Origin: Girardia tigrina
Taxonomy: Eukaryota
NCBI GenBank assembly: GCA_001938485.1
Contig: MQRK01246197.1
Span: forward strand, 36,150-97,487
Reading direction: 5' to 3'
DNA length: 61,338 bases
Shown here: positions 51,061-61,338 of the stretch, piece after piece
Layout: the number at the start of each line of letters is the position of its first letter
Numbering within the stretch: the stretch's first letter is position 1
Notes under the pieces: generated by a model
The model's database searches: none
Seen by the model: only the letters and a program-made list of their open reading frames with translations
Told to the model about the DNA's origin: nothing
Made by a program: the position numbers and the translations under genes

Positions 51061-53094
51061 ATATATAATTTATATTAATAGCAGGAAATGGAAAATCTGT
51101 AACGACTTGAATAGGAATCTTTTCCAAAATTATTTAAAAATTAAGAATTTTCATTTTCAGTTTGTAAATGTTCTGTTAAGTGATAAAAATCTTTCATTAA
51201 AAAAAGTATTAAATATTTTTTTTAATTAATTTTGATGATAATCGGGAACAACCTATTGTCGTACCATCGGTATTCATCACATTCCTTGGGAGGGTCTGCA
51301 CCCAACAATTTATAAAGTTATTACTGTTTCAAAGTTTAAGGGTACAATAAGCTCACTTTACATATGAAGGTTAATAAATAATATTAATAATGATGGAATG
51401 ATAATTGTACTTATCTTAAATTTCTCCAATTTAGAATATTTTATATTATCGAAATTCTCTATTTTGATACTTTATTACTACTAAGAACTCATGGTAATGT
51501 ATCAAGTGTTCCGTGTTCTACCATGATGTGAATGCTTAAATAAAGCGTAGTTTTATCTGCGCATAACGTACACATTGACTGGAAGATGTGGTCTTATGAT
51601 GGAACCGTAGAACGGACTCAGTTTACATCGAAAGTTTCGAAACCCACTTGTTTGCAGCCAGTACTGCAAACTATAAAAATATAATTGGAGAAACTGAGTT
51701 TATAAAGGTCGAAAGTTGGATTACAGATAATTTTTTCTGTCATAAAGAGGACAAATTATGGAGACGATTTTATAATTGGCGTTGATGCGATGTAAAGGAA
51801 GGTCAACCGGAATGCGACCGCGGAATGACAGTCGAAGGTATTTTTCTGTCATTCCTTCATACGATTAAGCGCGTTTTATAAACATTTCTTTTCTAACTAT
51901 GATAATATTAAATATGAAATCTTTTTATCATTGTTGGTAATCAGTAACTATCGGTGTATAATACTCGTATTGTATATACGAATTATCTATTATTGATTAT
52001 AAATAAAAAATCGATTATTATTATTATTATTCATTGAATGTCGGAGTATTTAAAGCGAATATGTTGCGTAATTAATCCAGTGTATGACGCATAATCACAG
52101 TAAAGTCAGAGTCTCTTCTTCACTTGATCCGACCCCTTGACGACAACAAAAAAGACAATAAATCTTAATCTTTACAATGTGATACATTCTTTAAAAAAAG
52201 AATAATAAAAAATTTGTTGTAATTTACAAGAAAAATTATAATAAAAAAACTTTTTTTTAATAATTTTAATAAAATTTAATAATTAAAATAAAATAATCTT
52301 TTCGGATTTCATTATTTTCTTCTTATATTACTTTACAATTTCTTTGAAATTCTTTTGATAGAACCAAATGCCTTTGGAGAACAACAAAAATAAACGAACA
52401 TTTGAGGAAAGAATAAAATATGTTTGTATAAATTGCTTTTATAAGTACTAATTACTCGAATTAATACAGGAAATCTTCTTTAATTAAAGGGGTTGATCGT
52501 TTGTATTGAAGTTAGATGAAGCCGCTCTTACTTGATAAGGTTTATCGTGATGGAGATTTGGATTCCTCTTGAAAAAATTAATCAATGTCTTCGGAGAAGT
52601 CTACAAATATAATCTCTCTTGTTTAGAAAACTTTCCTTAGATATTTGTATGAAAATAGAATAATAAAATGACAAATTTTTTTTCAAAAGAATTTGTTTAA
52701 GAGGCAAATTTTCTTCTAAGTACTCCCGGAATATTTGAGTTATTTTAAATTTAATTACCGGGTTTTGATTCGCAAAGATCCTTTTTAATATCCTTGAATG
52801 TCTTGAAAAGAAACTAGACTCAACGAACATTAAATAAATTTAATAATAAACTTTATTATTTTATACATTTTTATACAGATATCAGAGGTATCGTTATAGT
52901 GATAAATTTGAACTAAAAATCTTTTTGGTGTTTTTATAAAACTATTTAAGGGGTTTTTATTATAAATTTTCAGTAAATGTTGTTATAAATTTTGTAAAAT
53001 AACTTGGAGCATTTTAAGTAAATGAGCGAACGATTTTACTATAGCGTCTATTACAAATAACAATTTGACGATATAACAAATCCCCGTATCTTAA

Positions 53095-53335
53095 CCCTAA
53101 TGGGGCCGAAACTGTTTCCTCCATTCAGTCATGGTACCACTTCTTTTATTTTCACAAACTATAATGAACGTGTGTAAACAGAGTAAAGATAAACATAATA
53201 AACTGATGAGTTCAAACTCATGACTCATATATACAAAGACCATTGCACCTAATGCCGCCTGTTGCAGAATCGTCAAATTGATGTAAAAAAATATTTGAGC
53301 AGTGTTCTTTTAAAAGGACGGTGGCCCCATTCGGG
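53095..53335. mobile_element. piggyBac-type MITE, 241 bp
   Basis: TTAA TSD on both sides, TIR CCCTAATGGGGCC / GGCCCCATTCGGG. Confidence 0.88.
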
Positions 53336-54099
53336 TTAATAATGGATTGCCTAATTTATAAACATAACAATTATAATTCTATTAAAATGCGTATAAATTA
53401 TTATTTTGAAAAAGGTAAAATCAATTTTAAACAATATATAATAATTAAGCCAATTCAATTTTACAAATATATAAGAGATATCCATGGGTATAAAATTTTT
53501 AGTATTGTCGTATTAGACTGAATTTTCGAAAGCTTTCGTCGACCATTAAAATCAGCTTATGTTTAAAGTTTCATCTCTGTAACTTTAAGTAATAGGGATT
53601 TACACAGAGTTTGAAAATGTCAAGAAGATTGGAAATAGACTCGAGTGCATTAGGAAACATCAAGGATTTAATCAATTTTTATCTTTGAAGACAGTTTATT
53701 ATGATGTATGTATGAAGGTCCTTAAATAACACTTTTAATTCGCAAAAATTCACAAAAAAAGGTTTTGAAATAAAAATAAAAAGCATAAAATATTGTAAAA
53801 AATCTCATTAAAATATGTTCTCAATCCGACAGTACTTTAACTGTTTCCCCTCTTGAACTCCAAGATTAACAGATTGAAACTCGAAACTTAAAATTTATAA
53901 TTAAAAATTTATTTCAAAATAATTATTTTTTTAAAAGTAATAAAATCAATTTTAATGTAAAACTGTAAATGATTCAATTTTTTTTGATTTTTTGATAGAC
54001 ATTTTATGAGAAGTGCTTCAGATATTATTTATATTATTTTATAATTCTAGTAAATTCCGTTGTTCAACTATTATTCAAAATAAAGATTTGGATTTTGTT

Positions 54100-55754
54100 A
54101 AAGTGCCTCATCAATTCCCAACCAATAGGCCTAGAATTATCTTGGTGAAAAATGACACTTTTACGATTGACTGATTCTGGTCGCTTTTTCTTGACCGTAG
54201 TTTGTCCAGTTGCCGACAGTAGACCAGTGAATTAATGTTTGGGTTCCTTGGAAGAAGATCAAAGTACACCGGACCTTTCCAATCCTATCAAATAGACAAA
54301 AAAATCTTCTATTGATGGATATTTGCGTTTAAAGTAGTTTTCGATAGCTCATTAAACGTGCACCATGATCGTTTTCGACTGATGTTGTTGTACACAATCC
54401 ATTTTTTGTCTCCCGTGATGATTCGTTTTAAAAAGGATCGAATTCATTGCGTTTAAACTATGAATTGCAAGCGTTGATGCGGTTTGTCAGATGAACTTCT
54501 TGCAAATCATACGGAACCCAAATATCCAGCTTCTTAACAAGACCGACACTTTTCTAATGCTACTAAATGGATATATGTGAAAGATTTAACTTCTCTGCAA
54601 TCTCCCATGTCTGCTTCGACTATGATTTTGATTTCATCCTCATTAAGTTCAACTAGTTGACCTGAAAGTTGGTCATCTTTAAGAGAAATATCTCCACAAC
54701 GGAATTTTTTAGACCGATTTCGACATTGCCTTTCCTTAAGCTAGGTTAGGATAATAGTAAACATATTTGAGTAGAACTTCATAAATATGAGGAGGTATTT
54801 AATTTAGTTCGCTGATCAAAATTTAAGTGGTTTTAAAAATTATTTTGAACTGAAATCAAATTGAAAATTTTAAAAATTAAGTAGAATGATAATAAAATAT
54901 TTTAACTTTGAATTTAAAAATATTCTTTATAAATTAATTTGATTTAAAATATTAGTTTAGTAAAAAAAATAAATGGATTAAAAACAGATAACAGATAAAA
55001 CAGTATTTTTAAAAACAATAATTTTATTAGAATTTTATTAAAATCTGTAAAATTTTTAAATATATTAAGGATATGGATAAAAAGTTAAATATTTAAAACA
55101 TAAAAATATTGAATATTAAATATACATAAATTAATAAATTTCTTAAAAACAGTAGCCGCTGATTTATTTGAATCTTTGGGGATTCGTAAAAGGTTCAAAT
55201 AACTCAATTACTCAAATAACTCAATTATAAAAATTATGTCATAATTTTAGAAATGCCATTTAGTCATTTGGAAAAATAATGAAACACTATTTTTACTAAA
55301 CTTTACTTCAAAACAAAGCCATGATCATGCAATTTTGTTTGTTTGGAAGCATTTTCTTTTTCAACATGATTAATTTTCTTAATTTTATTCAAGGATTGAA
55401 ATTTAAAAATTATACTATTTTCTTCAAATAACTGAAAGTTTTTATAACTCAGCGTTCAAAAAACTCAATGAGTACTGTATTTTATAAAAATTTTAAAATT
55501 AAAAATTATTTTGATTTGGTTTAAAATAAATTTAAAATTATTGGAAAATATAGGTCGGTGGATTCATTACAAATTTAGGAAACAGTTTAAAATTTTGTTT
55601 GAATAATTGTTATTAATAAATATATAAATTGAGCTAAAATGATTTCTGATATTGACGTTACAAATATTTCTCACAATAATATTTACGGATATTATAAAAA
55701 GAAAGTGAGATACATCTATAACTGAAATCTGCCATTAATTAGTTGCCAACCAAA
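54100..55754 (-). mobile_element. Second copy of the 42820-43799 mariner family, interrupted by a ~900-bp AT-rich insert (54741-55650)
   Basis: 54130-54738 aligns with 42860-43490, and 55670-55754 aligns with 43720-43799 including the TIR. Confidence 0.85.
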
Positions 55755-56624
55755 TACCAATTTTCTATCTGGATATTTCCAAATTCCAAATACAAAATTT
55801 TAATTATTCCTCAGCTGCACATTCATATATTTATATTCTGAGACCTGACATGGTCACTAATGATTACCAAGTTACGTATCATGTTACATCTTCCTTACAG
55901 TAATCAAATAATAAAAAAATATCGCATTAAAATTCTCTAAATTAAAATATTTTTCTTTGTTATTTCACTTATTTTTCAGAGAAATCTCTTTTTTATCAGT
56001 TTCTTTTTTTACAATCATAAATTATTTATATTTTGGTAAAGATTTTGTAGGATAAAGAAACAATTTTCCAAAAGCCTATTTGTATTTAAATTAAAATCCA
56101 AAAAATGGTTGTAAATATTTAGAATTAAATCTTACTAAAAAACATCAAAACTTTTTAGAATTAAAGTAATACTGAAAAAGCAAATTGATGTTCATTTTCA
56201 CGGAAGAAATTGAAACAAAACACTTCTTCAGATGGTATTAAAAATATTTTATGATTTTATTAATTGAAAAAAAAGAAAAATATTAAAAATTAAAAAAAAA
56301 TAAATTATCAAATTCCATATTATTATATTTAATTTATATCGAATAAAAAAATGAATAAATTCAGTTAAAATTAAACGATAAATAATAATAAATTTTGCTA
56401 TTTTTATAAACATTTTTCAAAAATAATTTTAAAAGAATAAATTGAAAAAATTATGGAAAATTTTTTTATTTTCTAATATCTTCCAAAAAATAACTGTAAA
56501 TAAAACGAATATAAATATTAATATTTTTTTCAGAAAAAAATGGTAAAATATTTTTTTTATAAAAAGGAAATCAATTTTTGAACATATGGACATATTATTA
56601 CTGTTGTGTCGCAGAAAACTCCAA

Positions 56625-57020
56625 CGAAATAACTGAATTAACAAGAAATTTGTTTAAATATGTGAATTATTGTCAAAAATAAAAAATTTGGTGCTGAATT
56701 ATGAGTATTGATCTGATAATAATGAAAGTGGCATAAACGCTACTACCAACTCTCATGAAACTTCTTTGGTTCATAAGCAAATTATCGAATATGAAAAACT
56801 TCAATTATGGGAAGAAACAATTAAAAATAAGATAATGAGAAATTTATTATAAAAAGTACTATGATATAAAGTTATTCTAAAGCGAGTGCTGGAAGGAATT
56901 ATATTTTGGCTGGAAAATGTTCATCTTTTTTGGGGAGATTCAAATAAAATTAGTGAGCAATCTAATTAAAAGCTTTTTTGGGAATAATAAAATTTATAAA
57001 TAAACAGAATATAATGTTAT
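56625..57020 (+). mobile_element. 5'-truncated copy of the AT-rich cassette family with decayed ORF from ATG 56701
   Basis: GAATTAACAAGAAATTTGTTTAAATATGTGAATT, then GAATTATGAGT...CTGATAATAATGAAAGTGGCATAAACGCT shared with 59706-59752. The sequence diverges after that. Confidence 0.7.
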
Positions 57021-57022
57021 GA

Positions 57023-57295
57023 TCACTGAAAAAAAACTATTAAAAACACTTTGGCATGTGCAGTTTGCACCACCAACTTCCGTCGTTGGAACGGGAAGAA
57101 AAAACAAATAGAACGTGCGTAAAATGTATTGATACATGACATAAGAATACGAACCGAATCAGCAAAATAGGGGCATCTATCGGCATAATCATTGAATTGA
57201 ATACTCGTGTATTGTTTGGGGATATTTGATTTGACGACTGAGTGTTTGCTGGAGTTGCTGGCTGTGCTTTTGCTTTTGGTCGTGGTGGATTCCAT
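57023..57295 (-). pseudogene. Orphan ORF with a possibly degenerate RING-like motif
   Basis: S/T/K-rich N-terminus, then RCPYF..SVRILMSCINTFYARSI. The spacing resembles C-x2-C...C-x-H-x-F-C-x2-C with several ligands lost. Confidence 0.35.
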
Positions 57296-57681
57296 ATTTC
57301 TTATTTTATTTGAATTTGTTTGCCACTTTGTTTAGTAAAACAAAAACATTAATTTTTGTTTATTCATTTAATTTGTTGAATTTTTTATTAAATGGTGTTC
57401 ATTCAAAATGATTTTTTTTGAACACCACAAACACAAAACCAACAAAATAGTAAGGAATATTTTCGAATGGTGTTAAATATATGTTGTGTTTGATATGTTG
57501 CTTTTAGGTTTGTGTTTCTCCCACCCAAATAATATTTTGAATGTTTTAAATTTTCGGATATACGGACAGTTTTAAAATGTAAATAGCAACTTTAAAATAA
57601 AATAAATATACTTTAATCATTAAATATAGAATAACATTTTAATCAAAATACTTAAATGAAAGTAATTTAAAATATTTTGTT

Positions 57682-59144
57682 GTTTTTGTTTTGCAAATAA
57701 ATATTGCTGTAACCGCCTTGCGTTTTGCTTTCTTACAAGCTTTCGGCGGNNNNNNNNNNNNNNNNNNNNNNNNNNNNNNNNNNNNNNNNNNNNNNNNNNN
57801 NNNNNNNNNNNNNNNNNNNNNNNNNNNNNNNNNNNNNNNNNNNNNNNNNNNNNNNNNNNNCGGAGGGGATTTGTATGATCCGAAGGGCCAGCGCAATGGT
57901 TGTCAGGAACAACAGGACAATCTGCGAGGAGCTCGAGGTGGTCGAGGAATCGATTCTCAGAGAAAATCTCGAGTGCTATTCGTACTAGTGGCCGAGAGCG
58001 TGAAAGGAGGGCCGTTAATGGCGCTCATGTTCGGCCTGCTGGGACTAGGGTGACAATTGTGCATAGTGAAAGCGCCCGGGATTGGTGACAACGACAGGGA
58101 GAATTGTGTTCGGGCGATCAAAATTTGGGTCGCAGGGACGTGTGGGCGATCGAGAAACCGTTCACTAGGATTTTTGATGGGATCGAGTTGACGATAAAGT
58201 TCTCGATTGTGAACGGCGTTAAATCTGGCTATCAATTTCGGGTGCATATCAGGCGAATAAGTTCACCGAACGAACCGCTGATTAATCGTTGGGTAAAACC
58301 GAAGCCCTAACCTTCAGAGAGAGCTGAAGGACGCAGAGAAGATGAAAAGTAAAAGGTTGCAGACTTTGTTAAAAGAGCAGTTATGATGGACAGTAAATCG
58401 GAGGCGGTGCAGAATTTGATCATGCTGGCCGAGGACGTGCATGAAAGAGCTGTAGGTGCTATTTTTGAGCCGACTGGGACTGCGTCTGTGCGCGATGGGA
58501 ACGCTCAGGTTTTGTGTCGGTTGGAAAACCGCAGTCTTGTGAGGGCTTTGCTGTGTCCAGCCTCAGTTTTGAGAGAGATCCGGGGTCAGAGGGTCTGTAG
58601 CGATGAGTGCACATGGGGCAATGTGCGGTGGTGTGTTAACATTGTCTGTGGCGTCCGGGCAGACCTTGCGAAGTGGTCATCGATAGTTTCATGACCGGGG
58701 TCGATGGACCGGCGGGAGGCTACGCAGGACAAAGGCTGTGATCGAATCGAGATTTTTCACTCGAGTTGCTTGTCAGTTAAATGGCGAGTGCAGTGGGCTT
58801 GAGAGTAGTACCCCACCGTTGTGGGATGCGAATTTGGACGATTTAGAGGCGATTCTCGATGACGATGCCAATGATGGAACCGGTGGTTGAGTGTGTGAGC
58901 TAGTAGTGGATTTATCAGAGGGAGCTACCAGGATTCTGATGCGACCAATGAGAAGAGACGATGTGGAAAATGGATCAATTTGATTTTATGGCCAAGTTAA
59001 AATTCGAGAGCGGGTTGTGTGACTTGATGGTAGTGGGACGTGTAGAGGTGTTAATCTCGTTTGTTTGAATCGGTGATTCGTCAATGTAGTTTTTGTTTTT
59101 CAAATAAATATTGCTGTAACCGCCTTGCGTTTTTCTTTCTTTCA
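57682..59144 (+). mobile_element. GC-rich unclassified element bounded by ~55-bp direct repeats, carrying a decayed ~300-codon orphan frame
   Basis: CAAATAAATATTGCTGTAACCGCCTTGCGTTTT...CA at 57682-57737 and 59089-59144. ORFs 57900, 58104 and 58383 are all in one frame. Confidence 0.6.
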
Positions 59145-59160
59145 TAATTTTATAGTGGAT

Positions 59161-60424
59161 TGTAACGTAAAGTATTATTTAATTATATATAAGGTTATGA
59201 GGTCTTAATTTAAATTTGCATTTCGCCGAAGTAATTTATTATTTTTTTTTAATTTGAAAGTTTAAAAAAAAGTAAATATATAAAAAAAGTTAAAATTAAA
59301 ATAAAGAAAAACATGAAACCTAAATACTTATTTAAAAAATAAAACATACGTTTATTCTAATATGGTTCTTTTAAAATTAAAACAATTAGTTTTAGGATAA
59401 AATTTTGTAAAAAATTTTAAATTTAATGAAAAAATTATTTTATTAATTTAAAGATTTAAAATTTATTAATATGGTTATTAAATATTTTAAAATTAAAATA
59501 ATTAGTTTTGAGATAAAATTTTGAAATAATTTTAATTTTAGTGTAAAAATTATTTTATTAATTTAACGTTTTAAAATTTATTAAATTTTAAAAAATGGAA
59601 TCAAAAGAAAAATTTAATAGATTAATTTTCGGAGAAAAAACAATTAAATTAACAAGAAATTTGTTTAAGTATGTGAATTATTATGATTAAAAAATTTTTA
59701 GTGTTGAATTATGAGTGTTAAAACTGATAATAATGAAAGTGGCATAAACGCTTCTTACAAAGGTATTTAAAATGAATTAAAATATTTTTGCAAATAATTT
59801 TTAAATATTCTTATTGAGGAATAGTTTTTTCAATTTTAGAATTAAAATTAATCAATCAAGAACGATGTCTAACTACGAATGTTCTGTGGATAATATTTCT
59901 AGAGGCAATTTGAGTTGTAATATCCACTGTAAAAGTTATTTTAACAGAATTGGAAGTCAAATTATAGCTCTTAAAAAGTTGTTCAGATGTTTTTTAATCA
60001 ACAAGTTCTCTAAGTTAATTCATAACTATTCGTTGAAAACTCATATCAGAAAACTTTGTTTCGGAAATTTTGAACGCCAGACTTTTCAATAAACACATCA
60101 GATGCAAATTTTTGTTTTGAGATATGATCATATTAAAGATAAGAAAGTGGAAATTCTACAAAAATTCTTCTCTTTCTGTCGTCAATCGAAACTTGAAAAT
60201 GATTATCAGAAATTATTCTCGAAACAATTTCGAGTAGTAAGCTCAACTTCAGCAATTGTATTGGAAGATCGTTTTGATCATAAAAAAGCATATACCAAGT
60301 ATTATGAATATTAATAGACAGAATATTTTTAATTGTTTATTTTCAATAAAATGATCCGTAATTAATGACTGCAACATGACTTTAAAATTCTGGGATTTTT
60401 CAACTATTTGCCAAAATTTCACAG
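59161..60424 (+). mobile_element. Most complete copy of the TG-headed AT-rich cassette family; orphan frame 59865-60314 with one internal stop; cut by piggyBac
   Basis: TGTAAC start, head motif at 59195, second motif at 59647, ATG at 59711, putative GT-AG intron 59763-59839. ORFs 59814-60092 and 60102-60314 are in the same frame. Confidence 0.7.
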
Positions 60425-60428
60425 TTAA

Positions 60429-61122
60429 CCACTTCTGTGATTTGCCCGAATCCAGTTCGGGTAGGTATTTTGCTGACACAGTGATTTGCCCGAACTGGAT
60501 TCGGTCAAATCATACACGAAACTTTTTATAGTGATTTGCCGAAATCCAGCTCGGGTCATTCCCCCACCAACACATCGCGCGCGTTTAGTGACACATGTCG
60601 TAACTTGATCTTTCAAGAACAATTAGTCACCGGCTGCTCATCGCCCAGTTAGTTTGTGTGCTGTATTATCGTGTCGTGTGTATTCAAACTTTCGTAATTA
60701 CGTATTACGTATATTTACGTAATTTTTATTTATTTATTTTATTTTAGTTCTTGCCCAGAATGGCAGATTACGAAAGTGACGAGGAAGTATTGATAAGTGA
60801 ATCGGAAGATGAGGAATTTTCGGAATCTGACGATGATAGTGATCTTGACGACTCAGAAGATGATGATGTCGTTATGTCTAATGAATTTATAGAAATAAAT
60901 GTAGAAAATCCGCCAGCACAACCTCCGAAGTTTCCTTATTTCAAGACTGCTGGTATAAATTTACAGTTTGATGATAACGCATCAATCTTAAAATACTTCG
61001 AGTATTTTTGGGACAAGGAAATTATGGATATAATTACAACTGAGACAAACAGATATGCAGATCAATTTTACCATGGCGCGATTCTCAAGAAATTTTCTCG
61101 TTTGAAAAAATGGAAGTATTGA
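60429..61122 (+). mobile_element. piggyBac 5' end with transposase N-terminus (PGBD4-like), interrupted at about 61120
   Basis: TTAA then CC, three subterminal GTGATTTGCC repeats, acidic N-terminus and F..FWD.EIMD.I..ETNRYA.Q. Confidence 0.9.
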
Positions 61123-61123
61123 T

Positions 61124-61338
61124 CTTGTGACATTTAAATGTTCAATTGGGTGTGTTCAGCTATTCTAGTGCGGAGATGACGATTTGTTTGTCCAATGTAC
61201 AAGGATTCACACTTGTGACATTTAAATGTCACAAGTGTGAATCCTTGTACATTGGAGAAACAAATCGTCATCTCCGCACTAGAATAGCTGAACACACCCA
61301 ATTGAGTAGGAATAGCTCGATTCTAGATCACATTAAAA
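61124..61338 (+). mobile_element. Penelope-like insertion with inverted 5' duplication (164-bp palindrome 61142-61305)
   Basis: Plus frame FKCHKCESLYIGETNRHLRTRIAEH (GIY-YIG). The arms are identical except for one mismatch. Confidence 0.9.

Noticed and set aside
60437-60560. Three spaced repeats as a CRISPR-like array
   Set aside because: They are piggyBac subterminal repeats in alternating orientation, in a eukaryotic context with no cas genes.
1-61338. Alternative genetic code (stop reassignment) to explain interrupted frames
   Set aside because: Interruptions include TAA, TAG, TGA and frameshifts, also in clearly dead TEs, so ordinary decay explains them.
1-61338. Fanzor/TnpB/IscB nuclease, tRNA, rRNA or spliced-leader RNA
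   Set aside because: I saw no RuvC/zinc-finger motif set or recognisable RNA gene consensus by eye. A profile search would be needed to exclude highly decayed copies.

Overview
AT-rich eukaryotic (animal-like) genomic DNA with several N gaps and no intact host gene that I can support. Most of the window is a nested graveyard of transposable elements: hAT (BED-type, Charlie/Buster, Tip100-like, MITEs), Tc1/mariner, piggyBac, Ty3/Gypsy (including a solo LTR with a 5-bp TSD), RTE and probably L1/Tx1 LINE fragments, and at least five Penelope-like 3' ends carrying GIY-YIG remnants and/or minimal hammerhead ribozymes. This repertoire would fit a flatworm such as a planarian, but the species cannot be established from the sequence. 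One host-derived pseudogene is recognisable: an intronless RagC/D (Gtr2-type) GTPase copy at about 33.9-34.3 kb. The most interesting unexplained signal is a dispersed family of about 8 AT-rich cassettes. They share a conserved head (often TG-initiated, then TTATGAGGGGTTAATTTAAATTTGCAT ... AATTAACAAGAAATTTGTTTAAATATGTGAATT) that leads into different small orphan ORFs, and many further decayed orphan reading frames lie between the TEs. This suggests an uncharacterised LTR-like element family with variable gene cargo. All alignments and translations were done by eye, and boundaries without a TSD or TIR are approximate.
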